Source: the human T2T-CHM13v2.0 reference genome, Homo sapiens
Direction: 5' to 3' (one strand)
Length of the DNA: 64,000 bases
NCBI RefSeq assembly: GCF_009914755.1
Contig: NC_060926.1
Numbering within the stretch: the stretch's first letter is position 1; each line of letters opens with the position of its first letter. Shown one piece after another: positions 1 through 13,659 of the stretch. The notes under the pieces were generated by a model. It worked only from the letters and a program-made list of their open reading frames with translations, did no database searches and was not told the DNA's origin. The translations under genes were made by a program, and so were the position numbers.

Positions 1-960
1 AAAGGTTCATTAGTAGAAATATCACTGTTAGATTATAAAGCACATTTGCTTTCAAAAAATTTTTTAAAAAATGAATATATTGTTAGGAGACTAAAAAATT
101 CATGTAGCAAATTTGAAAAGAAGTTTGTATAAAAATGTAGTTATTTTAAATTAAAAACTCAAAAATGAACTCATCAGATTAGACATGGCCAAGGTGAGAG
201 TTCATAAATATTTCAGAATGCATTACAGAAAATTTTGAAAAATGTAAAATGTGGACAGAATGATGAAGAGACATGGAAGATACAGTGAGAAAGTGTAGCA
301 TGTGTTTAGAGAGTGTTCTCATAGAAGAAGGGAACTGGGAAGGGACAATGTGTGTTGGTATTTTGTCTGAAAGTTCCCTAGACCTTTGTAAGACACTGAT
401 CTGCATATTCAAAAACTCCATGCATGCTAAGCAAGCTACAATGGAGATAAACCTACACCTATGTATCTCCTAGAGAAATAGTAAACACCCATGAAGGGAA
501 AAATATTTCAATTAGCACTAGAAAAATGAAATTACTTTTAATCATATTGAAATCTGAAAAAATGAAAGGTAAAATAAACAATATTATTTGTTAAGAATAA
601 TAATGCCATTCTGAATTTCTAAACGAAGAAAAATATTCATCAACCTGTGGCTAAATAACATATTTAGAGACAAAAAACAAAACGCAACCAGCAGAATTCC
701 ACTAAAGAAACTAAAGAGAAACTCTGAAAATATGCTTCAGAAAGGTTGAAGTTCTGAAATCAAAGAATGAACACAGAGTAAAATATATTGTAAACATACA
801 GATAGAACAAATAAGAAACTGGATGTTGAAACAAAAATATATTTAAAATTAGATAAGCACTGCAATATGTATGATAAAAAGAAAATTATTAGGGCTGAAG
901 TACTCAAAGAAATCTTAATTGTCTGACAAGTGCAGAAAAGTGAGTATGACTTTGCAACTC
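1..960 (+). mobile_element. Ancient L1 (L1M-type) ORF1-region fragment
   Basis: A-rich strand. ORF 273..473 (EDTVRKCSMCLESVLIEEG...ILSESSLDLCKTL) resembles degenerate L1 ORF1p (DTIKRSNI..IGVPE...IMAENFPNL). Confidence 0.55.
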
Positions 961-971
961 CTTTTCTTCTT

Positions 972-1230
972 CGAATGGAAAGGAATGGAATGGAATGGAA
1001 TGGAATGGAATGGAATGGAATGGAATCAAATGGAATTGAATGGAGAGGAATGGAATGGAATGGGAGATGAGATTGTGCCATTGTGTTACACAATGGGTGA
1101 AAGAATGATACACTCTCGAAAGAAAGGAATGGAATGGAATGCAATGGAGTGGAGTGGAGAGGAGAGGAGTGGAATGGAGTGGAATGGAATCAGATGTAAT
1201 GGAATGTAGTGGAATGGAATGGAATGGAAT
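972..1230 (+). repeat. (GGAAT)n simple repeat, HSat3-like border with GGAGT/GGAGA variants
   Basis: Near-pure GGAAT pentamers at about 982-1026 and 1126-1230. Confidence 0.95.
1062..1125 (+). mobile_element. Degenerate Alu 3'-end fragment embedded in (GGAAT)n
   Basis: gggagatgagattgtgccattgtgttacacaatgggtgaaagaatgatacactctcgaaagaaag aligns by eye to the Alu right-arm end (gtgagccgagattgcgccactgcactccagcctgggtgacagagtgagactctgtctc + A tail). Confidence 0.7.
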
Positions 1231-4200
1231 CATCATCGAATGGAATAGAATGGAATTATCATCGAATGGAATCAAATGGAAACACCATCGAATGGAAACG
1301 AATGGAGTCATCATTGAATGGAATCAAAAGGCATCATCATCCAATGGACTTGAATGGAATCATCATCGAATGGAATTGGATGGAATAATCATTGAATGGA
1401 ATCGAACGGAATCATCATCAAATGGAATTGAATGGAATCATCATTGAATGGAATCGAATGGAATCATCAACAAATGTAATCGAATGGAATCATCGAATGG
1501 AATCTAAAGGAACCATCATCAAATGGAACTGAATGGAATCATCATTAAATGGAACCGAACAGAGTAATCAGCAAATGGAATCAAATGGACTCATGATCAA
1601 ATGGAATCGAATGGACTCATGATCAAATGGAATCGAATGGAATCATCATCGTATGGAATCAAATTGAATCAATGAATTGAATCGAATGGAAAGATCACCG
1701 AATGGAATTGAAGGGAATCATCGAAAGGGATCAAATGGAATCATCAAAGGGAAACGAATGGAATCATCGAATGGATTCGGATGGAATCATCAGCGAATGG
1801 AATTGAATGGAATCATGGAATAGACTCGAATGGAGTCATCATTAAATGGAATCCAATGGAATCATCGAATGAACATGAATAGAATCGTCATTGAATGGAA
1901 TCGAATGGAATCATCGAATGGCATCGAATGGAATCATCATAGAATGGAATCTAATGGAATCATTGAATGGACTCGAATGGAATAATCGAATGGGCTTGAG
2001 TGGAATCATCATCAAATGGAATCGAATGGAATCATCAAATGGACTCGAATGGAATCATCGTCAAATGGAATCGAATGGAATCATCATCAAATGGAATCGA
2101 ATGGAATCATCATCGAATGGAATCGAACGGAGTCATCATCAAATGGAGTCACCAAATTGAATCTAATGGAATGATCATCAAAGACAATCGAAGGGAAACA
2201 TCGAATGGGATTGAACGGAGTCATCAAATGGAATCGATAGGAATCATCAAATGGATTCAAATGGAATCATCATCGAATGGAAACGAACTGAATCATCGAA
2301 TGGACACGAATGGAATCATCATCAAATAGGATTGAATGGAATCATCGAATGGCATCGAATGGAATCACCATTGAATGGAATCGAATGGAATCATCGAATG
2401 GCATCGAATGGAATCATCATCGAATAAAATCAAATGGAATAATCGAATGTACTCGAATGGAATCATCAAATGGATTTGAGAGGAATCATCATCGAATGGA
2501 ATTAAATAGAATCATCAAATGGACTCGAATGGAATCTTCATTGAATGGAATCGAATGGAATCATTGAATGGAGTCGAATGGAATCATCAGCAAATGGAAT
2601 CGAATGGAATCATTGAATAGCAACGAATGGAATCATCATCGAATGGAATCGAATGGAATCATCAAATGAACTCGAATGCAATCATCATAGAATGGAATCG
2701 AATGGAATCTTTGAATGGACCTGAATGGAATCATCATCGAATGCAAACGAATGGAATCATCATCAAATGGAAGCACATGGAAATATCAAATGGAAAAGAA
2801 TTGAATAATCATAGAAAGGAATTGAATAGAATCATCGAATGAAACCGAATGGAATCATCATCGAATATAATTGAAAACAATCATCAAATCGATTCGAATG
2901 GAATCATCAAATGGACTCAAATGGAATCATCACAGAATGAAATGAAATGGAATCATCGAATGGACTCGAATGGAATGGTCATCGAATGGAATCAAATGGA
3001 ATTATCGAATAGAATTGAATGGAATCATCATCGAATAGAATTGAATGCAATCATCGAATGTACTCGAATGGAATCATCATCAAATTGTATCCAATGGAAT
3101 CATTGAATAGAATCGAATGTATTCATCATCAAAAGAAATCACATTGAATTATCGAGTGGACTCGAATGGAATCATCATCGAATGGAATAGAATGGAATCA
3201 TCGAATCCACTCGAATGGAATCAACTTTGAATGGAATGGAATGGAATCATCAAAGGGATTCGAATGGAATCATCATCGAATGAAATCGTATGTAATCATC
3301 GAATGGAATCATCATTGAATGGAATCGAATGGAGTGATCTAACGAACTTGAATGGAATCATCATCAAATGGAATCGAATGGAAACATTGAATGGACACGA
3401 ATCGAACTGTTATCGAATGGAATCGAAGGGAATTATCATCAGATGGAATCGAATAGGATAATCATCGAATGGAATCACTGAATGGAATAGAATAGAATCA
3501 TCTCCGAATGGAAACAAAAGAATCATCGAATGAATTCAAATGGAATCATCATTGAATGGAATCGAATGGAATCATCATCAAATGGAATCAAATAGAATCA
3601 TCATCAAACGGAAGGGAAAGGAATCATTGAATGGACTCAAATGGAATCATCATCGAATGGAATTTAATATAATCTTCGAATGGACATGAATGGAATCATC
3701 ATCAAATGGAACTGAATAAAATCTTCGAATGCACTCGAATGGAAACATCATAGAATCCAATCGAATGGAATCATCATCGAATAGAATCAAAAGGAATCAT
3801 CATCGAAAGGAATCGAATGGAATCCTCGAATGGAATAGAATTGAATCATCATCAAATGGAATCGAATAAAATCATTGAATGAAATTGAATGGAATCATCA
3901 TCGAATGGAATCATCATCAAATGGAATCGAATCAAATAATCAAATGGAATCGAATTGAATCATCAACGAATGGAATCAAATGGAATCATCGAATGGAATC
4001 CCATGTGATTATCATTGAATTGAACCCAATGGAATCATTGCATGGACTCGAAATGAATCATCGAATAGACTCAATTGGAATCATCATTGAATGGAATAGA
4101 AAGGAATCATCGAACGGAAACGAATGGAATCATCATTGAATGAAATCAAATGGAATCATCATATGGACTCGAATGGAATCATCATCGAACGGAATTGAAA

Positions 4201-7200
4201 GCAGTCGTCGAATGGTCTCGAATGGAATCATCATCAAATGAAATCAAAAGGAATCATTGAATGGACTCGAATGGAATCTTCATCGAATGGAATCGAATGG
4301 AATCATCAAATGGACACTAATGGAATCACCATCCAATGGAATCGAAAGGAATCATCGAATGGAATCGAATAGAATCTTCATTGAATAGCATCGAATGGAA
4401 ACATCATTGAATGGAATCTAATGATATTATCATCAAAAGGAATCGAATGGAGTCATCATCTAATGAAATCGAATAGAATTAACAAGGAATGGAATCGAAT
4501 GGAGAAATCGAATGGAATCCATTGGAATCATCATTGAATGGAACCGAGTGTAGTCATCAGGGAATGGAATCGAATGGAATCAAAGAAGGGACTCGAATGG
4601 AACCATCATTGAATGGAATTGGATGGAATCATTGAATGGGCTCGAATGGAATCATCGAATGGGCTGTAATGGAATCATCATCAAATGGAATCAAATGGAA
4701 TCGAATGGAACCTTCGAATGGAATCTAATGGAATCATCATTGATTGGAATCGAATGGAATCATCAAATGGACTCGAATGGAATCATTGAATGCACTCGAA
4801 TGGAATCATCATCGAATGGAATCGAGTGGAATCCTCAAATGGAATCAAATGGAATCATCAATTGGTATCGAATGCAATCATCATCGAATGGAATCGAATG
4901 GAATCATCGAATGGAATAAAACACAAACATCATCAAAAGGAATCGAATAGAATCATCATCGAATAGAATCAAATGGAATCATCAAATAGAATCAAATGGA
5001 ATCATTGTCAAGTTTAATCGAGTGGAATCATCAAATGAAATCGAGTGGAATCATTGTTGAATGGAATGGAATGGAATCAATGAATAGAAATGAATGGAAT
5101 CACCAATGAATGGAATCGAATGGAATCATCATCGTATGGAATTGAATGGAATCATCGAATGGATTCAAACGGAATCATCATTGAATGGAATCACATGGAA
5201 TCATCATCGAATGGAATCACACGGAATCGTCATCGACGGGAACTGAGTGGAATGAAATTTGGACTCGAATGGAATCATCAAATGGACTCGAAGGGAAGCG
5301 TTGAATGGACTCGATTGGAATCATCATCGAATGGAATCAAAGGGAATCATCGAATGGAATCGAATGGAATCATCATTGAACGAAATCGAATTTACTCATC
5401 TAATGCACTAGAATGGAATCATCATCGAATAGAATTGAAAGAAATCATAGAATGGACTCGAATGGAATCATCATAATATGAAATTGCATTGAATCTTCGA
5501 ATGGACTCAAATGGAGTCATCATCGAATGGAATCGAATGGATTCATTGAATGGACTCGAATGCAATAATCATTGAAAGGAATGGAAAGGAATCATCAAAC
5601 GAAATCAATGGAATCTTCATCGAATGAAATCAAATGGAATAATCAAATGGCAGTGAATGGAATCATCATCGAATGGAATCACATGGAATCATCTAACGGA
5701 CACAAGTGGAATGATCATCAAATGGAATCGAATGGAAACATTGAATGGACACAAACGGAATCATCACCGAATGGAATCGAATGGAATCATAATCAAATGG
5801 AATTGAATAGAATAATCATTGAATGGAATCGAAAGGAATCATCGAACAGAAAAGAATGGAATCATCATCGAATGGAATCAAATAGAATCATCGAATGAAA
5901 TAAAATGGAATCATCATCGAATGGAATCGAATGGCATCATCATTGAATGGAATCGAATGGAATAATCATCGAATGTAATTGAATGTAATTATCATTGAAA
6001 GGAATTGAATGGATTCATCATCTAATGGAACCAGAGTCATCATCAAATGGAATTGCATGGAATCATAATCGAATGGAATTGAATGGAATCGAATGGAATC
6101 TTCAAATGGACTCAAATGCAATCATCGACTGAGCTTCAATGGAATCATCATGGAATGGAATCAAATGTAATCATCAAATGGACTCGAATGGAATCATCAT
6201 CAAATGGAATCAGATGGAATCATCGAATGGATTTGAATGGAATCATCGAATGGACTTGAATGCAATCCTCATTGAATGGAATTGAATGGAATAATCGAAT
6301 AGTCTCAAATGGAATCATCATCGAATGGAATTGAATGGAATCATCATCGAAAGAAATCGAATGGAATCATCGAATGGACTCGAATGGAATCATCATCAAA
6401 TGAAATTGCATTGAATCTTCGAATGGAATCAAATGGAGTCATCATCGAAAGGACTCGAATGGAAGAATCATCGAACAGAATGGAAAGGAATCATCAAAAG
6501 ATATCAATGGAATCATCATCGAATGAAATCAAATGGAATAATCAAATGGCACCGAATGGAATCATCATCAAATGGAATCAAATGGAATCATCTAACGGAC
6601 TCAAGTGGAATACGTATCGAATGAAATCGAATGGAAACATTGAATGGAACAAATGGAATCATCATCGAATGGAATCGAATGTAATCATCATCAAATGTAA
6701 TCGAATAGAATCATCATCGAATGGAATCGAATGGAATCATCAAACGGAATAGAATGGAATCATCAACGAATGGAATCAAATAGAATCCTCGAATAAAATA
6801 AAATGGAATAATCATCGAATGGAATCGAATGGCATCAACATCGAATGGAATTGAATGGAATCATCTTTGAAAGGAATCGAATGGATTCATCATCAAATGG
6901 AACCGAACAGAGTCATCATTGAATGCAACTGACTGGAATCGTAATCAAATGAAATCGAATGGAATCTTCGAATTGACTCAAATGCAATCATTGACTGGGC
7001 TTCAATGGAATCATCATGGAATGGAATTGAATGTAATCATCGAATGGACTCGAATGAAATCATCATCAAATGGAATCAGATGACTTGAAATGGACTTGAA
7101 TGGAATCATCTAATGGACACGAATGGAATCATCATCGAATGGAATCGAATGGAATCATTGAATGGAATCGAATGGAATCATCTAATGGACATGAATGGAA

Positions 7201-8568
7201 TCATCATTGAATGGAATTGAATGGTATCATCGAATGGTCTTGAATGGAATCATCATCAAATGGAATCGAATAAAATCGGCATGAATACAATCGAATGGAG
7301 TCATCATTGAATGGAATCGAACAGAATCATCATCAAATAGAATCGAATGGGATCATCGAATGAAACAGAATGGAATCATCATCAAAAGGAATGAAAGTAA
7401 AACGAAGAATGGAATACAACAGACTCATTGAATGGAATTGAATGGAATCATCATTGAAAGGACTCGAATGGAGTTATCATCGAATGGAATTGAATGGAAT
7501 CATTTAATGGACTCGAATGGAATCAACTTCGAGTGGAAACAAAAGGAAACATCTAATGGACTTGAATGGAATCATCACCTAATGGAATCGAATGGAATCA
7601 TCAGCAAATGGAATCGAAAGGAATCATCATGGAATAGAATTGAATGGAAACATCGAATGGAATGGAATGGAGTCATCATGGAAAGGAATCGAAGGGAATC
7701 ATCAAATAGAATCAAACTGAATCATTGAATGGAATCGAATGGAATCATCATCAAATGGACTTGAATGCAATTATCATCAAAAGGAATCAAATGGAATCAT
7801 CGAATGGACTCGAATGGAATAATCGAATGGACTTCAATGGAATCATCAAATGGAATTGAATGGAATCATCGAATGGACTCGAATGGAATCATCATCAAAT
7901 GAAATTGGATGGAATCAATGAATGGATTCAAATGGAATCATCAAATGGACACAAATGGAATCATCACTGAATAGAATCACATGGAATCAACATGAAATGG
8001 AATTGAATAGAATCATCATTGAATGGAATCATATGGAATCATTGCACGGAAGAGAATGGAATCATCATCGAAAGGAATCAAATAGAATCATCGAATGAAA
8101 TCAAACGGAGTCATCATCAAATGGAATCGAATGGAATCATCATCGAATGTAATTGAATGGAATCATCATTTAAAGGAATCGAATGGATTCATCATCAAAT
8201 GGAACCGAACAGAGTCATCATCGAATGGAATTGAATGGAATCATCATCGAATGGAATCGAATGGAATCTTCGAATTGACTCGAATGCAATCATCGACTGG
8301 GCTTCAATGGAATCATCATGGAATGGAATCGAATGGAATCATCAAATGGACCCGAATGGAATCAACATCGAATGGAATCGAATGGAATCATCATCGAATG
8401 GAATATAATGGAATCATCATCAAATGGAAAAGAATGGAATCATCAACGAATGGAATCAAATGGAGAAATCGAACGAAATCCGTTGGAATCATCATCATAT
8501 GGAACCGAATGCAGTCATCATTGAATGGAATCGAATGGAATCATCAAATGGATTAGAAGGGAATCATT
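1231..8568 (+). repeat. HSat2 (HSATII) satellite, GAATG strand on top
   Basis: Diverged 23/26-bp units such as gaatggaatcatcatcgaatggaatc and gaatggactc, rich in TCGA; typical of HSat2. Confidence 0.93.
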
Positions 8569-11500
8569 AGATTCCATTCGATGATGATTCCATTAGGGTC
8601 CATTTGATGATTCCATTCGAGACCATTGGATAATTCCATTCGAGTCCATTTGATGATTCCATTCTAGTCCATTCGATGATTCCATCTGATTCCATTAGAT
8701 GATGATTCCATTCGAGTTCATTCGATCATTCCATTTGATTCCATTTGATGATTCCATTTGAGTCCATTCAATTATTCCATTCGAGTCCATTCAATTATTC
8801 CATTCGAGTCCATTCGATGATTCCATTCAATTCCATTCGATGATAATTGCATTCGAGTCCATTTGATGATGATTCTATTCGATTCCATTCGATGATGACT
8901 GCCTTCGTTTCCATTCGAGGATGATTCCAGCAGATTCCATTCGATTTCTCCATTTGATTCCATTCATTGATGATTCCATTCGATTCCATTAGATGATGAT
9001 TCCATTAGATTCCATTTGATGACTATTCCATTTGATTCCATTCAATGATGATTCCATTCGTGTCCATTCAATGATTCCATTCAATTTCATTCGATGATGA
9101 TCCCATTCGAGTCCATTCAATGATTCCATTCAAGTCCATTTGATGATTCCTTTCAATTCCATTCGATGATGATTCCATTCGAGTCCATTCGATGATTCCA
9201 TTTGATTTCATTTGATGATTCCATTCCATTCGATTCGATGATTCCATTCTATTCCATTCCATGATGATTCTGTTCGAGTCCATTCGATAATGATTCCATT
9301 TGATTTCATTCGATGATTCTATACGATGGTGACTCAATTCTATTACATTGGATGATTCCATTCGATTCCATTTGATGATGATTCCATTCGATTCCATTCG
9401 ATGATGATTCCATTTGATTCCATTCGATTATTATTCCACTCGATTTCATTCGATGATTCTATTCGATTCCATTCAACGATGATTCAATTATGTTCCATTA
9501 GATGATTCCTTTTTATTCCATTAGATGATGATTCCATTCGATTCCAAATTATGATTATTCCATTCAATTCCACTCAATGATGATTTCATTCGATTTCATT
9601 CGATGATTCTATTTGATTCCATTCAATGATGATACAATTATATTCCATTGGATGATTCCATTCAATTCCATTCGATGATTGTTCCATTCGATTCCATTCG
9701 ATGATGACTCCATTCGATTGCATTCGATGAAAATTTCAATCGAGTCCTTTCATAGATTCCATTCGATACCATTCGATGATGATTCCATTTGAATCCATTA
9801 GATGATTTCATTCCATTCCATTCAATGATGATTCCATTAGATGCCATTCAATGATTTCCTTCGATCCCATTCGATGATGATTCCATTCAAGTCCATTCGA
9901 TGATTCCATTAGATTCCATTTGACAATGATTCCATTCGAGTCCATTTGATGATTCAATTCGATTCCATTCTATGATTCCATTTGATTCCATTCGATGATA
10001 ATTCCATTGGAGTCCATTCGAAGATTCCATACGATGATGATTCCACTCGAGTCCTTTCCATGATTCCATTCGAGTCCATTTGATTCTTCCCTTAGGTGCC
10101 ATTCATTGATGATGCTATTCAATGCCATTCAATGATTCCATTTGACTCCATTCGATGATGTTTCCATTCGAGTCCATTCGATGATTCCACTTGAGTCCAT
10201 TCAATGACACCATTCGATTCAATTCTATAATGATTCCATTCGAGTCCATTCAATGATGATTCCATTCGAATCCATTCGATGATTCCATTCGGTTCTATTT
10301 GATGATGATTCCATGGGATTCCATTTGATGAATCCATTCTATTCCACTCGTTGATGATTCCATTTGATACCATTTGATGATGATTCCATTCGATTCTCTT
10401 AATTGATGCTTCCAATTGATTCCATTCGATAATGATTCCATTCGACTCCATTCGATGGTGATTCCATTCGATTTCATTTGATGGTTTCATTTGATTCCTT
10501 TCGATGATGATTCCATTCGATTCCATTTGATGATTCCATGCGATGCCATTAGATGATGGTTCCATTTGTTTCCATTCGATGATTCCATTTGATTCCATTC
10601 GATGATGAGCCATTCAATTCAATTCCATCATGATTCCATTTGATTCAATTCAATGATGTTTCCATTCGATTCCATTCGATGATGATTCCATTAGATTGCA
10701 TTCAACGATGATTCCATTCGAGTCCATTCATTGATGATTCCATTTGAGTCCGTTCATTAATGATTACTTTGGATTTCATGCGATGCTTCTATTTGATTCC
10801 ATTCGATGATGATTCCATCTCATTCCATTCAATGAGTCCATTCGATTCCATTCAGTGATGATTCCATTCGATTCCACCAGATGATGATTTAATTTGATTC
10901 CATTCAAAGATGATTCCCTTAGAGTCCATTAGATGATTCCATTTGTGTCCAATCGGTGATTCCATTTGATTCCATTCAATGATGATTCCATTAGAGTCCA
11001 TTCGATGATTCCATTCGATTTCATTTGACACTGATTCCATTCGAGTCCATTTGATGATTCCATTCAATTCCAATTGATGATGACTCCATTCGAGTCGTTT
11101 CGATGATTCCATTTGATATCATTCGATGATGATTCCATTCGAGTCCATTCGATGAATCCATTCGATTCCATTCGATGATGACTCCATTCAAGTCAGTTAG
11201 ATGATTCCATATGATTCCATTCGATGATCATTCCATTCGAGTACATTCAATGATTCCATTTGATTTTATTCGATGATGATTCCATTCGATTCCACTCAAT
11301 GATGATTCCATTTGTGTGCATTCAATGATTCCCTTTAATTCCATTTGATGATGATTCCATTCGAGTCCATTCAGTGATTCCATTTGATTCCATTCGATGA
11401 TGATTGCATTCGAGTCCATTGGATGATTACATTCGATTCCATTCGATGACGATTCCATTCGAGTCCATTCAGTGATTCCATGTGATTCCATTCGATGCTG

Positions 11501-11699
11501 ATTCCATTCGAGCCATTTGATGATTCTATTTGAGTCCATTTGATGATTGCTTTCGATTATATTCAATGATGATTTCATTCGAGTCCATTCAATGATTCCA
11601 CTTGATTCCATTCGATGATGATTCCATTCGGGTGCATTAGATGATTCCATTCGATTACACTCGATGATGATTCCATTCTAGTCCATTCGATGATTCCAT

Positions 11700-12550
11700 T
11701 CGATTCCATTACCCGATGATTACTTTCGTGTCCATTCGATGATTCCACTCGATTCCATATGATGATGACTCCATTTGATTCCATTCAATGATTCAATTCT
11801 ATTCCATTAGATGATGATTCCAATCGAGTACATGAGATGATTCCATTCAATTCCATTCAATGATGAAGCTATTCGTGTCCTTTAGATGATTCCATTCGAT
11901 TCCCTTTGATGATGATTCCATTCTACTCAATCCAGTGATGATTCCATTCGTGTCCATTAGATGATTCCATTTGATTCCATTCGATGTTGATTCCATTTTT
12001 TTCCATTCAGTGATAATTCCATTCGGGTCCGTTAGATGATTCCATTTGATTCCATTCAATGATGATTCCATTATATTCCATTCTATGTTGATTCCATTTG
12101 AGTCCATTAGATGATTCCTTTCGATTCCATTCACCGATGATTACTTTCGAGTTCATTCGATAATTCCACTCAATTCCATAGGATGATGACTCCATTCGAT
12201 TCCATTCGATGATTCCATTCTATTCCATTAGATGATGATTCCATTCGAGTACATTAGATGATTCCATTAGATTCCATTCAATGATGATGCTATTCGTGTC
12301 CATTATATGATTCCATTCGATTCCATTCGATGATGATTCCATTCTATTCAATACAATGGTGATTCCATTCGGGTCCATTAGATGAATCCTTTCAATTCCA
12401 TTTGATTATGATTCCATTTTATTCCATTCAGTGATGATTCCATTCGTGTCCGTTAGATGAATCCATTTGATTCCATTCGATGATGATTCCATTTGATTTC
12501 TTTCAATGATGATTCCATTCGAGTCCATTAGATGATTCCATTCAATTCAA
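11700..12550. repeat. Diverged tandem duplication of about 421 bp inside HSat2
   Basis: ccgatgattactttcg at 11713 and 12134, followed by co-linear variants (gagtacat, gctattcgtgtcc, gtccgttagatg). Confidence 0.8.
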
Positions 12551-12954
12551 TTTGATGATGATTCCATTTGTGTCCATTCGATGATTCCATTCTACTCCAT
12601 TTGATGATGCTTCAATTCAAGTCCATTCAATGATTCTATATGAGTCCAATCAGTAACTGCTTTCGATTCCATTCGATAATGATTCCATTCGATTCCATTT
12701 GATGATGATTCCATTCGGTACCGTTCTATGATTCCATTCGATTCCATTCAATGTTGATTCCGTTCGATCCCATTCGATGATTCCCTTTGATTCCATTCGA
12801 TGATCATTCCATTTGATTCAATTCGGTGATTCCATTCGATTGTATTCAATGATGATTCCATTTGACTCCATTCGATGATGATTCCATTCGATTCCATTCG
12901 ATTATGATTTCATTCAATTCCATTCGATGATGATTCCATTCGATTCCATTAGAT

Positions 12955-13540
12955 GATTCCATTCGATTCCATTCGATGATGATTCCACTCAAGTCCATTT
13001 GATGATTTCTTTTGAGTCCATTTGATGATTCCATTAGATTCCATTCGATGATGATTCCATTCGATTCCATTCAACAATGATTCCATTCATGTCCATTCAA
13101 TGATTCCATTTGATTCCATTTCATTCCATTTGATGATGATTCCATTCGAGCCCATTCGGTGATTCCACTCAATTACATTCGATGATGATTCCCTTCTAAT
13201 CCATTTGATGATTCCATTCGATTCCATTCGATGGTGATTCCATTCGGGTCCATTCGATGATTCCATTCGATTCCATTCGATGATGCTTCCACTCAAGTCC
13301 ATTTGATGATTTCTTTTGAGTCCATTTGATGATTCCATTAGATTCCATTTGATGATGATTCCATTCGATTCCATTCAACAATGATTCCATTCGTGTCCAT
13401 TCAATGATTCCATTTGACTCCATTTCTTTCCATTTGATGATGATTCCATTCGAGCCCATTCGGTGATTCCACTCAATTACATTCAATGATGATTCCCTTC
13501 TATTCCATTTGATGAGTCCATTCGATTCCATTCGATGATG
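12955..13540. repeat. 304-bp tandem duplication inside HSat2
   Basis: actcaagtccatttgatgatttcttttgagtcc at 12987 and 13291; gagcccattcggtgattccactcaattacattc in both copies. Confidence 0.9.
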
Positions 13541-13659
13541 ACTGCATTCGGTTCCATCTGATGATTCCAATGGATTTCATTCGGTTTCTCCATTTGATTC
13601 CATTCGTTGATGATTCCATTCTTTTCCATTTGATGATGATTGCATTCTATTCCATTCGA

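Larger units (their letters stand above)
1..8268 (+). repeat. Left arm of a large inverted duplication (truncated by the window edge)
   Basis: 20 ORF pairs have identical translations on opposite strands, with coordinates summing to 25410 (e.g. 179..421/24989..25231, 7432..7728/17682..17978). Bases 1-9 aaaggttca are the reverse complement of 25401-25409. The first mismatch found reading inward is at 8269/17141. Confidence 0.97.
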
